A stretch of 26,180 nucleotides of DNA from NCBI GenBank assembly GCA_036338695.1, contig JAYZBQ010000008.1:1-26180 (forward strand), in the 5' to 3' direction. The translations under genes and the position numbers were made by a program. This stretch comes from Myxococcota bacterium. Lineage in GTDB: Bacteria > Myxococcota > UBA4151. This document shows positions 17,750 to 25,020 of this stretch, one piece after another. The notes beneath the pieces were generated by a model. The model did not search any database. It saw nothing but the letters and a program-made list of their open reading frames with translations, and was not told where the DNA came from. Every line of letters begins with the position of its first letter. The stretch's first letter is position 1.

Positions 17750-19819
17750 ATGACCATCGATTTTGTTCAGTTCGTAGATGAGGAAGAAGAGATCACCGCA
17801 GACCAGGAGTTGTTCTGTGACGAGCCGACCTCCAATGAGGCCGAGTTGTTCTGTGATGACCCCGTGACGGACGTGAGCGAAGAGGCGGTCGAGTCGGCGG
17901 CTGCGCGCCAGGCGGAGACGATCCGCACCGCGCTGGATCAGCCCGTGCTGGAGGCCTGGAGTCAGGATCTTGCCATGGGCCCGACCATCACCGTCCTCGG
18001 TGTCGGTGGCGCGGGCTGCAACGCACTCGGGAGCTTGGTGCGCAGTGGGTTTGACGCGGCCACCATGGTCGCCTTCAACACCGACGTCCAAGATCTGCAC
18101 CTGTGCCCTGTGAGCGAGCGAGTTGTGCTCGGTTCGGAGTTGTGTCGTGGGCGCGGGGCAGGCGGTAAACCTGAGGTGGGCGCACTTGCGGCGCAGGAGT
18201 CACGGGCTCAGATCGAGCGAGCGCTTGCGGGTGTCGACCTCGCCTTTGTGGTCTTTGGCGCAGGTGGGGGCACCGGCTCAGGCGCAGGGCCCGAGATCTG
18301 CCACATCGCACGGGAGCTGGGCTGTCTCACCGTCGCTGTCGTGACCAAACCTTTCGCTGAAGAGGGTAAGCGCCGTCGCCGCAACGCCGCCGAGGCGTTC
18401 GAGGCGCTCGAGCGCTGCGCCGACTCCACCGTCATTGTGGCGAATGATCACATCGACAAGCTGTGTGACGAGAACGACTCGGTCGCCGCTGGGTTTGAGA
18501 CCGCTGACGGGATCCTTCGAGACGCGGTCGTCGGGATGGTGCGTCTCGCTCAGGCACCTGCGACCGGGCGTGGGAAATTGAACGTCGATTTCCAGGACGT
18601 CCGCACGGTCATGGAGAATCGTAAGAATGCGTTGATCGGGATCGGCGTTGCCAGCGGTCCCAACCGCGCCAACGAGGCGCTCCACGCCGCGATCTCATCG
18701 CCGCTGCTCGAAGACGCCACGCTGGAGGGCGCAACCGGTGTGCTGTGTCATATTCGCTATGGGTCCGCGTCGCTCACGATGACCGAGAACCGTCAGGTCA
18801 ACGCGTTGCTCACGGACGCGATCGATGAAGACGCTGAATTTATCACCGGGTTCTGTCAGGATCCCAGCTTGGGTGACGATATCGCCATTTTGGTGGTCGC
18901 CACAGGCTTCGATATGAACCCGTCGACGGCTGCGCCCTCCGAGGTAGCGGAGGCGTCGGCGCCTGCCGTTGGGAGCGTCCGTCCTGCCAAGATGACCTCC
19001 CGGGCGGAGGTCTCGGCAGATTGGCGGCTCGGGACGGCTGCAGAGCGCCATCAGCAGCGCATGGACGCCTTGGCGAAGCGTCGCGCACAGAGCCCGTTTC
19101 AGGCTCCGCCGTCGAGAGTGGCAGCCGCTCATCTCGACGATCACGGGATTCGGCGAGCCGCATCGCAAGGCGAGCTTGCGCTAGCGAGGGTCCACGCGTT
19201 GGTGCACCCACCCGCTGAGGCGAAACCAGCGGTTGCGACGACAGCGAGCTTCAACCCGCCGGCACCCCACGACCTGGGTGCGCCGGAGGTCGCAGGGTTC
19301 TCCATGCCAGCACAGGCTGCCGCAGCGCCCGCCGTGGCGCCGCTGGCTGCGGTCGCACACGAGCCGGCTCCAGCTGCACGCCCCGAGCCCTCGCAGCCCG
19401 CTCCGGTCTCGGCGCCTGAGCCTACGCTCGAGCGCCCGGCTCAGCCGGCCGCCGTGCGGCGCGCCGAGGAGGGGCGACCCATCCGTAAGCACGCTGTTCA
19501 GTTCGCGGCGCCCGAGATCGATCCCGGTGACAACCGCCTGTTTGGCTTTGAGGGGACCGAGGACGGGGAGCCCTCAGGGCAGTACATCGAAAACCTCACC
19601 TCACTCGTGCCGCAGGCGGCTCCTGCGGCGGTGGTGACGACCGCTGTTCATCAGGGCGCCCCCTTCGCCATGCAGCGACAGCAGGGTGGGCAGCCCGTCG
19701 AGTCGGCTGCTCGCGATCAGATCATCCAGGGTGAACCGGTCCAGCTCGAGCGCTCGGGTCAGCAGAACCTCTTGGGAATCGATGAGGACATCGATCTGCC
19801 GCCTTTCCTGCGTCGCTGA
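17750..19819 (+). CDS. ftsZ: Cell division protein FtsZ with N-terminal acidic extension and very long linker (about 689 aa)
   Basis: GVGGAGCNA, NTD, GAGGKPEVG, GGGTGSG tubulin signature, NVDFQDV T7 loop, VATG, C-terminal peptide DIDLPPFLRR. Start uncertain (17726, 17729, 17750 or 17975). AAAGGAA precedes 17750. Confidence 0.93.
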   Translation: MTIDFVQFVDEEEEITADQELFCDEPTSNEAELFCDDPVTDVSEEAVESAAARQAETIRTALDQPVLEAWSQDLAMGPTITVLGVGGAGCNALGSLVRSGFDAATMVAFNTDVQDLHLCPVSERVVLGSELCRGRGAGGKPEVGALAAQESRAQIERALAGVDLAFVVFGAGGGTGSGAGPEICHIARELGCLTVAVVTKPFAEEGKRRRRNAAEAFEALERCADSTVIVANDHIDKLCDENDSVAAGFETADGILRDAVVGMVRLAQAPATGRGKLNVDFQDVRTVMENRKNALIGIGVASGPNRANEALHAAISSPLLEDATLEGATGVLCHIRYGSASLTMTENRQVNALLTDAIDEDAEFITGFCQDPSLGDDIAILVVATGFDMNPSTAAPSEVAEASAPAVGSVRPAKMTSRAEVSADWRLGTAAERHQQRMDALAKRRAQSPFQAPPSRVAAAHLDDHGIRRAASQGELALARVHALVHPPAEAKPAVATTASFNPPAPHDLGAPEVAGFSMPAQAAAAPAVAPLAAVAHEPAPAARPEPSQPAPVSAPEPTLERPAQPAAVRRAEEGRPIRKHAVQFAAPEIDPGDNRLFGFEGTEDGEPSGQYIENLTSLVPQAAPAAVVTTAVHQGAPFAMQRQQGGQPVESAARDQIIQGEPVQLERSGQQNLLGIDEDIDLPPFLRR
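17807..17856 (+). repeat. Direct repeat GAGTTGTTCTGTGA x2 (36-nt period) encoding ELFCD
   Basis: Exact 14-nt copies at 17807-17820 and 17843-17856, in frame with ftsZ. Confidence 0.9.
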
Positions 19820-20298
19820 TGATCGCTGCCCGGCTCGTTGAGCAGCTCGCGCAGCGGGGTTGGTCCGTGGCAGCAGCCGAGTCCTGTACCGGTGGGATGA
19901 TCGCCAGCGCCTTGACCGAGGTGCCTGGCTCGTCAACTGTCTTTCGCTACGGGGTCGTCACCTACGCCAACGAGGCGAAAACGCGCCTGCTCGGCGTGCC
20001 CCCCGAGGTCTTCATCGCTGACGGTGCGGTCTCGGAGTCATGCGCTCGAGCGATGCTCATAGGGCTAAGGGAGCTCGCACAGGCGGAGCTCTGCTGCGCC
20101 GTGACCGGGATCGCTGGACCGGGTGGGGGATCCGCAGAGAAACCTGTGGGCACCGTCTGGGTGGGGCTGGGCGCGCTGGAGCGCAGCTGGCTCAAGCGGC
20201 ATCACTTCGAAGGGAGCCGGGCGCAGGTCCGCACCCAGGCGCGCCAGGTCGTCCTCAGGGGGATGAGTCGAATTTTGGAAGGGAGCTCACCATGGTAA
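19819..20298 (+). CDS. pncC: CinA C-terminal domain protein / NMN deamidase PncC family
   Basis: AESCTGG, PGSS, TYANEAK, GAVS, TGIAGPGGGS..KPVGTV. Stand-alone 159-aa domain. TGATG overlap with ftsZ. Confidence 0.9.
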   Translation: MIAARLVEQLAQRGWSVAAAESCTGGMIASALTEVPGSSTVFRYGVVTYANEAKTRLLGVPPEVFIADGAVSESCARAMLIGLRELAQAELCCAVTGIAGPGGGSAEKPVGTVWVGLGALERSWLKRHHFEGSRAQVRTQARQVVLRGMSRILEGSSPW

Positions 20299-21563
20299 GT
20301 GGTTTCTCATGGTTCAAGGAGCCGCACCAACGGCGCGACGGGTTGTGCACCGCCGTCGTGGACCTTGGCGCTCAGGTGATCCGAGTCTCGCTCGTCGATG
20401 ACGAGGGCTGCGCCCTCGCCTACGTGCCGGCGCCATCTGAGGGCATTGCGCAGGACGGCGCCTTGGTCGAGATCGACCGGTGTGGCGACCTCCTGAGTGG
20501 TTTGATCGCTCAGGCTGAGGGGCTCGGCGCCCACCAGGTCGATCGGTTGGTGCTGACGGTGCCGGATACCCAGCTCTTTAGCTTCTCCGGAACCGGGCAT
20601 GCCGGGATATCCAACCCAACCGTCGAGGTCAGTGACCTGTCGCGCGCGGCTGAGAACGCTGTTTTTAGTCAGGAGATCGCCGTCGGTCAGAAGCTCATTC
20701 ATGCGATCCCGACCGAGTGCATGCTCGACGGTCAGAGCGGTATCGAGGACCCCGTCGGGCTCGCCGGCTATCGCCTCGGTGTGCAATTCTTTTGGGTCTT
20801 TTGTCAGTCTGAGCATGTTGAGAACCTTCAGCGCCTTTGCGAGCGAGCGGGCTTGCCGCAGCCTGAGCTGATCGCTGCGCCGCTCGCCGCGGCGATGGGC
20901 GGCATCACACGCGACGAGGCGGAGCTCGGCGCCGTGGTCGTGGATCTCGGTCATTTGTGCACCTCGATGACCGCCTGGTCCGAGGGGGCGCCGCGCTGGA
21001 TGGGGCACGTGCCGACAGGTGGTCGCCACCTGAGCTCGGACCTGCTTCAGGTCTTCAAGCTGAGCGCCGAGCAGGCGGAGCGCACCCTCGTCAGTGGTTT
21101 ATCTGGCGTGGCTGAGCTCGAGGAGGCCGGCGGTCAGCTGTCGATCGGGCGGCGGCGGATCGACCGGCACAAGGCGGCGCGCGTGATCCAAGCTCGGCTG
21201 GAGGATATCTTTGAGCGCGTGCGCAACCGACTGACCACGCAAGCTTGGTGGCGGGTCGCTGAGAACGGGGTGATCCTGACCGGAGGTGCGGCTCAGATTC
21301 CGCACATCGATCGGCTCGCCGAGGTGGTCCTGGAGTGCCCGGTGCGGATCGCCAGCATGGAGCGGATCGAGCGCGACTGGACCTGGCCACCCGTTAACGC
21401 TGAGGTGGTGACGTTTCGGCGCTTGCCAGATCGAATGACCATCGCCGGTCAGCTTGAGTTCGTCCGTATGAACCACCTCCATCACCGCCAGATCGCCGCT
21501 CAGCGGCCGTGGCCTGCACCCGATCTGCGCGACCTCCATGAGGTCTTCGCTCGGGTGGGCTGA
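20292..21563 (+). CDS. Divergent second FtsA paralogue (FtsA-like actin-fold protein, 423 aa)
   Basis: Start reassigned to ATG 20292 (GGGAG RBS). Colinear with the FtsA at 16393: VDLGAQVIR, SEGIAQDGALVEI, IHAIPTECMLDGQSGIEDPVGLAGYRL, APLAAA, ELGAVVVDLG, GGRHLSSDL, IQARLEDIF, GVILTGGAAQI. Confidence 0.88.
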   Translation: MVSGFSWFKEPHQRRDGLCTAVVDLGAQVIRVSLVDDEGCALAYVPAPSEGIAQDGALVEIDRCGDLLSGLIAQAEGLGAHQVDRLVLTVPDTQLFSFSGTGHAGISNPTVEVSDLSRAAENAVFSQEIAVGQKLIHAIPTECMLDGQSGIEDPVGLAGYRLGVQFFWVFCQSEHVENLQRLCERAGLPQPELIAAPLAAAMGGITRDEAELGAVVVDLGHLCTSMTAWSEGAPRWMGHVPTGGRHLSSDLLQVFKLSAEQAERTLVSGLSGVAELEEAGGQLSIGRRRIDRHKAARVIQARLEDIFERVRNRLTTQAWWRVAENGVILTGGAAQIPHIDRLAEVVLECPVRIASMERIERDWTWPPVNAEVVTFRRLPDRMTIAGQLEFVRMNHLHHRQIAAQRPWPAPDLRDLHEVFARVG

Positions 21564-21616
21564 GGTCTTGGAGCGCAGCGTGAGCGCGTTCACCGTGCGA
21601 CATTTTTGACGCAACC

Positions 21617-21659
21617 CCTCCGTCAGATGACCGATACATGCTACGACACCTGACGGAGG
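21617..21659. repeat. Perfect 10-bp inverted repeat (hairpin or operator) between ftsA2 and the next gene
   Basis: CCTCCGTCAG (21617-21626) and CTGACGGAGG (21650-21659) with a 23-nt spacer. No U-tract follows on the + strand. Confidence 0.7.
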
Positions 21660-21701
21660 CAGGCTGCCCGCAGCCGCTCGGTCGCAGAAGAGGAGCAGAT
21701 C

Positions 21702-23057
21702 ATGCAGGTCGGTAACCCCAAATCGCAGTCCGGACTCACTGGCTTTCACTGGGCGGCGCAAGCTCAGGAGAACATGGCGAAGAGCCCGATGGGTGGCGTG
21801 GCCGGTATGCAACGCATGCTCGGTCAGTTCGGCGACTTGAGCAACTCGATGTCACCGTGGACGGCGACGACGACGGTCGGCTACGCAGCGCTCCCTGATT
21901 TCAGCAACTCGGGGCATCTTGACCTCGACAAGAGCAAGAATCTGGTCTCGACCCCTGGCGGCTACCAGATCACGGTGGACGAGGGCACCGTCCGGATTAA
22001 GACCCCCGAGGGCAAATGGACGCAGCTTAAGGCGGAGCCGCCGAATCGAACCCTGGTGAACACCACGGACGATGTGCAGACTCGCCAGCAGGCGACCGTG
22101 GAGCGTCAGCTCGCCCGTGACCCGGTGGTGCGGGAGTCCGACGGTGACGTGTGGCGCTATCAGGGCACCGGCTCGTTCCATCTCCCGGACGGCACCAAGA
22201 TCACGATTCACGAGAAGGGCGCCGGCAAGGATCTGCACATCGACCAGGTCGACATCTACAATGGCAACAAGCACGTTGGGATCAAGAGCCAGCTCACCGC
22301 GTCGGAGTGGCAGACGGTGGATCGCAAGGTGGAGCGCAGCGTCGGCAACTGGCGCACGACCTCGAGCAACCGCCGCACGCAGTGGCAGGGGCGCCGCGGT
22401 CAAGTGATCCGCACCGACACGCAGCAGCGCACGATCCGCACGACGACGACGGAGACGCAGCACGCCAAGCAGCAGTTCGCAACGACCTTCACCGACGTTA
22501 CGCGTGACGGCTTCGCTCACGACATGCGCACCGACGACGGGCGCACCTTCCGCATCGCCGGTGACGGTGATGACTGGTCGGAGAAGGGGCGAGAGGTCAT
22601 GAGCGGCGCAGGTAAGGGCAAGGACGATAAGACCCTAGCGTACAAGCTTGGCGCGAAGGTGGACCCGAGCTGGGCGGGCTTCCGCCCGGTCGAGGTGCCG
22701 TGGAACGTCTACGCCTTTGGGATGACGACGCTGACTCCGAACATGATGACCGAGCAGTGGAACCAGAGCCCCGAGCACTTCGAGCAGCTTGGACAGCAGT
22801 TCGCAGGCCACCTTCTGCAGGGGCATCTCGGGATGACGACGTCGGTGACGAACATGGGCGGCTTTAACGCCATCCATGGCGGCCCAATCGGCGGGGCTGC
22901 GCTGTTCGGCGCAGGCTACAACGCTGGCTTCAACGCCGCAGCGCAGACCGCAGCGATGCAGAGCTCGGTGATCAGTATGCTCGGCGTGTTTAGCCAGATC
23001 GATCAGCTCAGCGACAACCTGAGCGCGGCATGGCTCGGCTCCCAGGTTCTTCGCTGA
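21702..23057 (+). CDS. DUF1521/MIIA-like domain protein, putative type III-secreted substrate (451 aa)
   Basis: Strong RBS (AGAGGAG) and strongly C/G-ending codons. GGYQITV...DPVVRESDG..W...GSFHLPDGTKITI...VDIYNG...DG..HD...DG resembles DUF1521 (from recall). No Sec signal peptide. Coupled to a SycD-like gene. Confidence 0.6.
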   Translation: MQVGNPKSQSGLTGFHWAAQAQENMAKSPMGGVAGMQRMLGQFGDLSNSMSPWTATTTVGYAALPDFSNSGHLDLDKSKNLVSTPGGYQITVDEGTVRIKTPEGKWTQLKAEPPNRTLVNTTDDVQTRQQATVERQLARDPVVRESDGDVWRYQGTGSFHLPDGTKITIHEKGAGKDLHIDQVDIYNGNKHVGIKSQLTASEWQTVDRKVERSVGNWRTTSSNRRTQWQGRRGQVIRTDTQQRTIRTTTTETQHAKQQFATTFTDVTRDGFAHDMRTDDGRTFRIAGDGDDWSEKGREVMSGAGKGKDDKTLAYKLGAKVDPSWAGFRPVEVPWNVYAFGMTTLTPNMMTEQWNQSPEHFEQLGQQFAGHLLQGHLGMTTSVTNMGGFNAIHGGPIGGAALFGAGYNAGFNAAAQTAAMQSSVISMLGVFSQIDQLSDNLSAAWLGSQVLR

Positions 23058-23737
23058 TGGCGGGGGATGACGGCAGCCGCTCGGATTTTGAGAAGCCTGC
23101 GCTCAGCCTCGACGAGCTCAGCCCAAAACCTAAGCAAGCGACGGAGTCGGCCAGCAGGCCGGCTCCTGTCGCGTCCGAGCCGATCGCAGCGGAGATCACC
23201 GCGGAGCGTCCGGCTTACCGTCAGCATCGGGCGGCGCCGCCGGATGCTGACCTGAACACCCAGATCGATCCGGAGACCCGGACGCGCCTGTTCTTGCAAG
23301 GCGAGATCAACCTGGCGGAGCTGTACGCGCTGAGCCACGAGGAGCTGTATGACATCGCCGTTCAGGGGCAGCGCTTCTTTGACGCCAAACGGCATGACGA
23401 CGCGCTGAAGGTCTTTGAGGGGCTCACGGCGCTCGATCCGTACAACGCGGACTTTCACGCCGGGCTCGGGGCGATCAAACAGTTCAAGAAAGACAAGGAC
23501 GGCGCGCTGATCGAGTACGATCGAGCGATCCAGCTGCATGAAGGCCACGTAGCGGCTCTGACAAACCGCGCGGAGATCTACGTCGAGCGCGGCGAATACG
23601 AGCTCGCCTTCAAGGACTTGAGCGTCGTGGCGACGGTGGACCCCGAGGGTAAGGACGGACACGCCGGCCGTGCCCGCGGATTGACCAAGGCGGTGATGCG
23701 CCTGCTGCAAGATCGCCTCGAGGGCGAGCAGAGCTGA
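23057..23737 (+). CDS. TPR protein, SycD/LcrH-like (class II T3SS chaperone-like)
   Basis: Start at ATG 23057 (TGATG overlap). GEINLAELYALSHEELYDIAVQGQRFFDAKRHDDALKVFEGLTALDPYNADFHAGLGAIKQ fits the SycD/LcrH layout. About three TPR motifs follow a disordered N-terminus. Confidence 0.7.
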   Translation: MAGDDGSRSDFEKPALSLDELSPKPKQATESASRPAPVASEPIAAEITAERPAYRQHRAAPPDADLNTQIDPETRTRLFLQGEINLAELYALSHEELYDIAVQGQRFFDAKRHDDALKVFEGLTALDPYNADFHAGLGAIKQFKKDKDGALIEYDRAIQLHEGHVAALTNRAEIYVERGEYELAFKDLSVVATVDPEGKDGHAGRARGLTKAVMRLLQDRLEGEQS

Positions 23738-23744
23738 GCCCTCC

Positions 23745-24212
23745 ATGACCTTGTGGATTGATGCGGACGCCGCGCCGCGGCTGATGAAGGATGTCGCGTA
23801 CAGGGTCTCGGATCGAACCGGGCTCAAGGTGACCTTAGTCGCCAACCGCTGGCAGCGGACCCCGACCTCGCCGCATATTCGCATGATCGTCGTGGGCGAT
23901 GGGTTCGACGAGGCAGACGATTACATCGCCGAGCACTGTGAGCCAGGCGATGTGGTGGTCTCGGCGGATATCCTGCTCGCTGATCGCATCGTCGCCAAAG
24001 GCGTCGCCTTGATCACCCCCAAAGGTGAAGAGCTCGATGCGGACAACATCGCAGAGCGCGTCGGGCAGCGAAATTTTATGGAAGAGGCGCGCAGCGCCGA
24101 GCTGGTGAGTGGGGGACCGCCGCCCTATTCAGCGCGCGATCAACAGAGCTTTACCAACGCCCTCGATCGCGTGCTCACGGCGCAGCGGCGGCGTTTCCCG
24201 TCGAGTCGCTGA
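23745..24212 (+). CDS. yaiI: YaiI/YqxD family protein (UPF0178/DUF188)
   Basis: LWIDADAAP, LVAN, GFDEADDYI, DVVVSADILLA, GGPPPY...F.NALD. Confidence 0.9.
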   Translation: MTLWIDADAAPRLMKDVAYRVSDRTGLKVTLVANRWQRTPTSPHIRMIVVGDGFDEADDYIAEHCEPGDVVVSADILLADRIVAKGVALITPKGEELDADNIAERVGQRNFMEEARSAELVSGGPPPYSARDQQSFTNALDRVLTAQRRRFPSSR

Positions 24213-25020
24213 CCATCGTATCCGGTAGCCCGAGCAGATAACTGCCGACACGTTTCGAGCCGAGCTCACCGTAACCACGCTCCCAGGTGTAGCCAGATGA
24301 TTCGATCTGGGCGAGCAGCTCATCGAGGTCTTCAAAGCGGTAGATCCGCGGCATAGAGGCTTGACCGTCCCAGGCATAAAATAAGGGCAGCACGGGGATC
24401 AGGTAGGTCCAGACGAGTTGTCGCCAGGTGAAGGGGCGCACGCACGCCGATTTGACCAACGCGAGGAGCGCGACGATCAGGAGCCCGATCGGCAGCGTGA
24501 TGCACCAGAGCGCAAAGGGTACGAGTTGATGTCCGCCCATCTCATAGATGAGCAGCGGCTGGCGACTTTGAGCAGCCGACGCAAGGATGTTGCGCGCCTG
24601 ATCGGGGGTCATGTGATGAAAGCAGTTGACCAGGGTCTTGAGGCCAGCCGGAGCCTTCGCAAGCTCCGTCGCGTCCACCGAAGCGCTTAGATAGCGGATC
24701 GGTCCTTGAGACGCCTCAGGGAAGCGCCGCCTCCCCTCGATGTTGGGGAATTTATCGGTCAAGGTGAGCTCCGTGACGAGCTTAGGCTCGGCTTGAGCTA
24801 GCTCTTTGAACACGTCGGGCATGACGCCCCCGGCGCCCGAGCCGAGGTCGACGACGGATTGTTGTGAGCGACCGCCGAGCGCCCGCTTGATCAGCCCAGC
24901 CAGCACCCGAGGGACGCCCAGCCAGCGCGCCCTCACGACAATATTTTGGGTCCTCGGCGTTCGAAGTGTCTCTGGGAACCAGCTCTGGTCTTCAAACTCA
25001 AACAGCTGACGGCGAAGCAT
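24175..25020 (-). CDS. Class I SAM-dependent methyltransferase-like protein
   Basis: VVDLGSGAGG motif I, LTLTDKFP, VDAT, FHH. N-terminal QLFEFEDQSWFP and a hydrophobic hairpin ending in WDG. GAGG RBS upstream. Confidence 0.8.
   Translation of the reverse strand: MLRRQLFEFEDQSWFPETLRTPRTQNIVVRARWLGVPRVLAGLIKRALGGRSQQSVVDLGSGAGGVMPDVFKELAQAEPKLVTELTLTDKFPNIEGRRRFPEASQGPIRYLSASVDATELAKAPAGLKTLVNCFHHMTPDQARNILASAAQSRQPLLIYEMGGHQLVPFALWCITLPIGLLIVALLALVKSACVRPFTWRQLVWTYLIPVLPLFYAWDGQASMPRIYRFEDLDELLAQIESSGYTWERGYGELGSKRVGSYLLGLPDTMVSDSTGNAAAAP

Noticed and set aside
20040..20291. 507-aa version of FtsA2 starting at 20040
   Set aside because: It overlaps pncC by about 260 nt with low-complexity sequence. 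ATG 20292 has an RBS and matches the FtsA domain start.
20292..21563. Interpretation as PilM or MreB
   Set aside because: It carries the FtsA-type 1C subdomain colinear with FtsA1, and no pilNOPQ or mreCD genes are adjacent.
21570..21660. Resemblance of GACGCAACCCCTCCG to the c-di-GMP-I (GEMM) riboswitch junction
   Set aside because: No upstream GGCAAAC/GNRA-tetraloop stem or tetraloop receptor is visible. An Rfam scan would settle it.
22425..22455. ACG-rich run (cgacgacgacg) as a microsatellite or phase-variation tract
   Set aside because: It is an in-frame poly-Thr codon run, and slippage would not shift the frame.
8704..23056. Longer ORF-track starts for mraY (8704), murD (9819), murB (14720), ftsQ (15586), ftsZ (17681) and the TPR gene (23030)
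   Set aside because: Downstream ATGs that overlap the previous stop codon, or that have an RBS, fit translational coupling and family N-termini better.
653..23884. Long antisense ORFs (653-1597, 4728-5942, 7574-8587, 11345-12568, 20307-21029, 21852-22520, 23003-23884) and many short alternative-frame ORFs
   Set aside because: They lie opposite or within well-supported genes, lack recognisable motifs, and are expected shadows in high-GC coding DNA.
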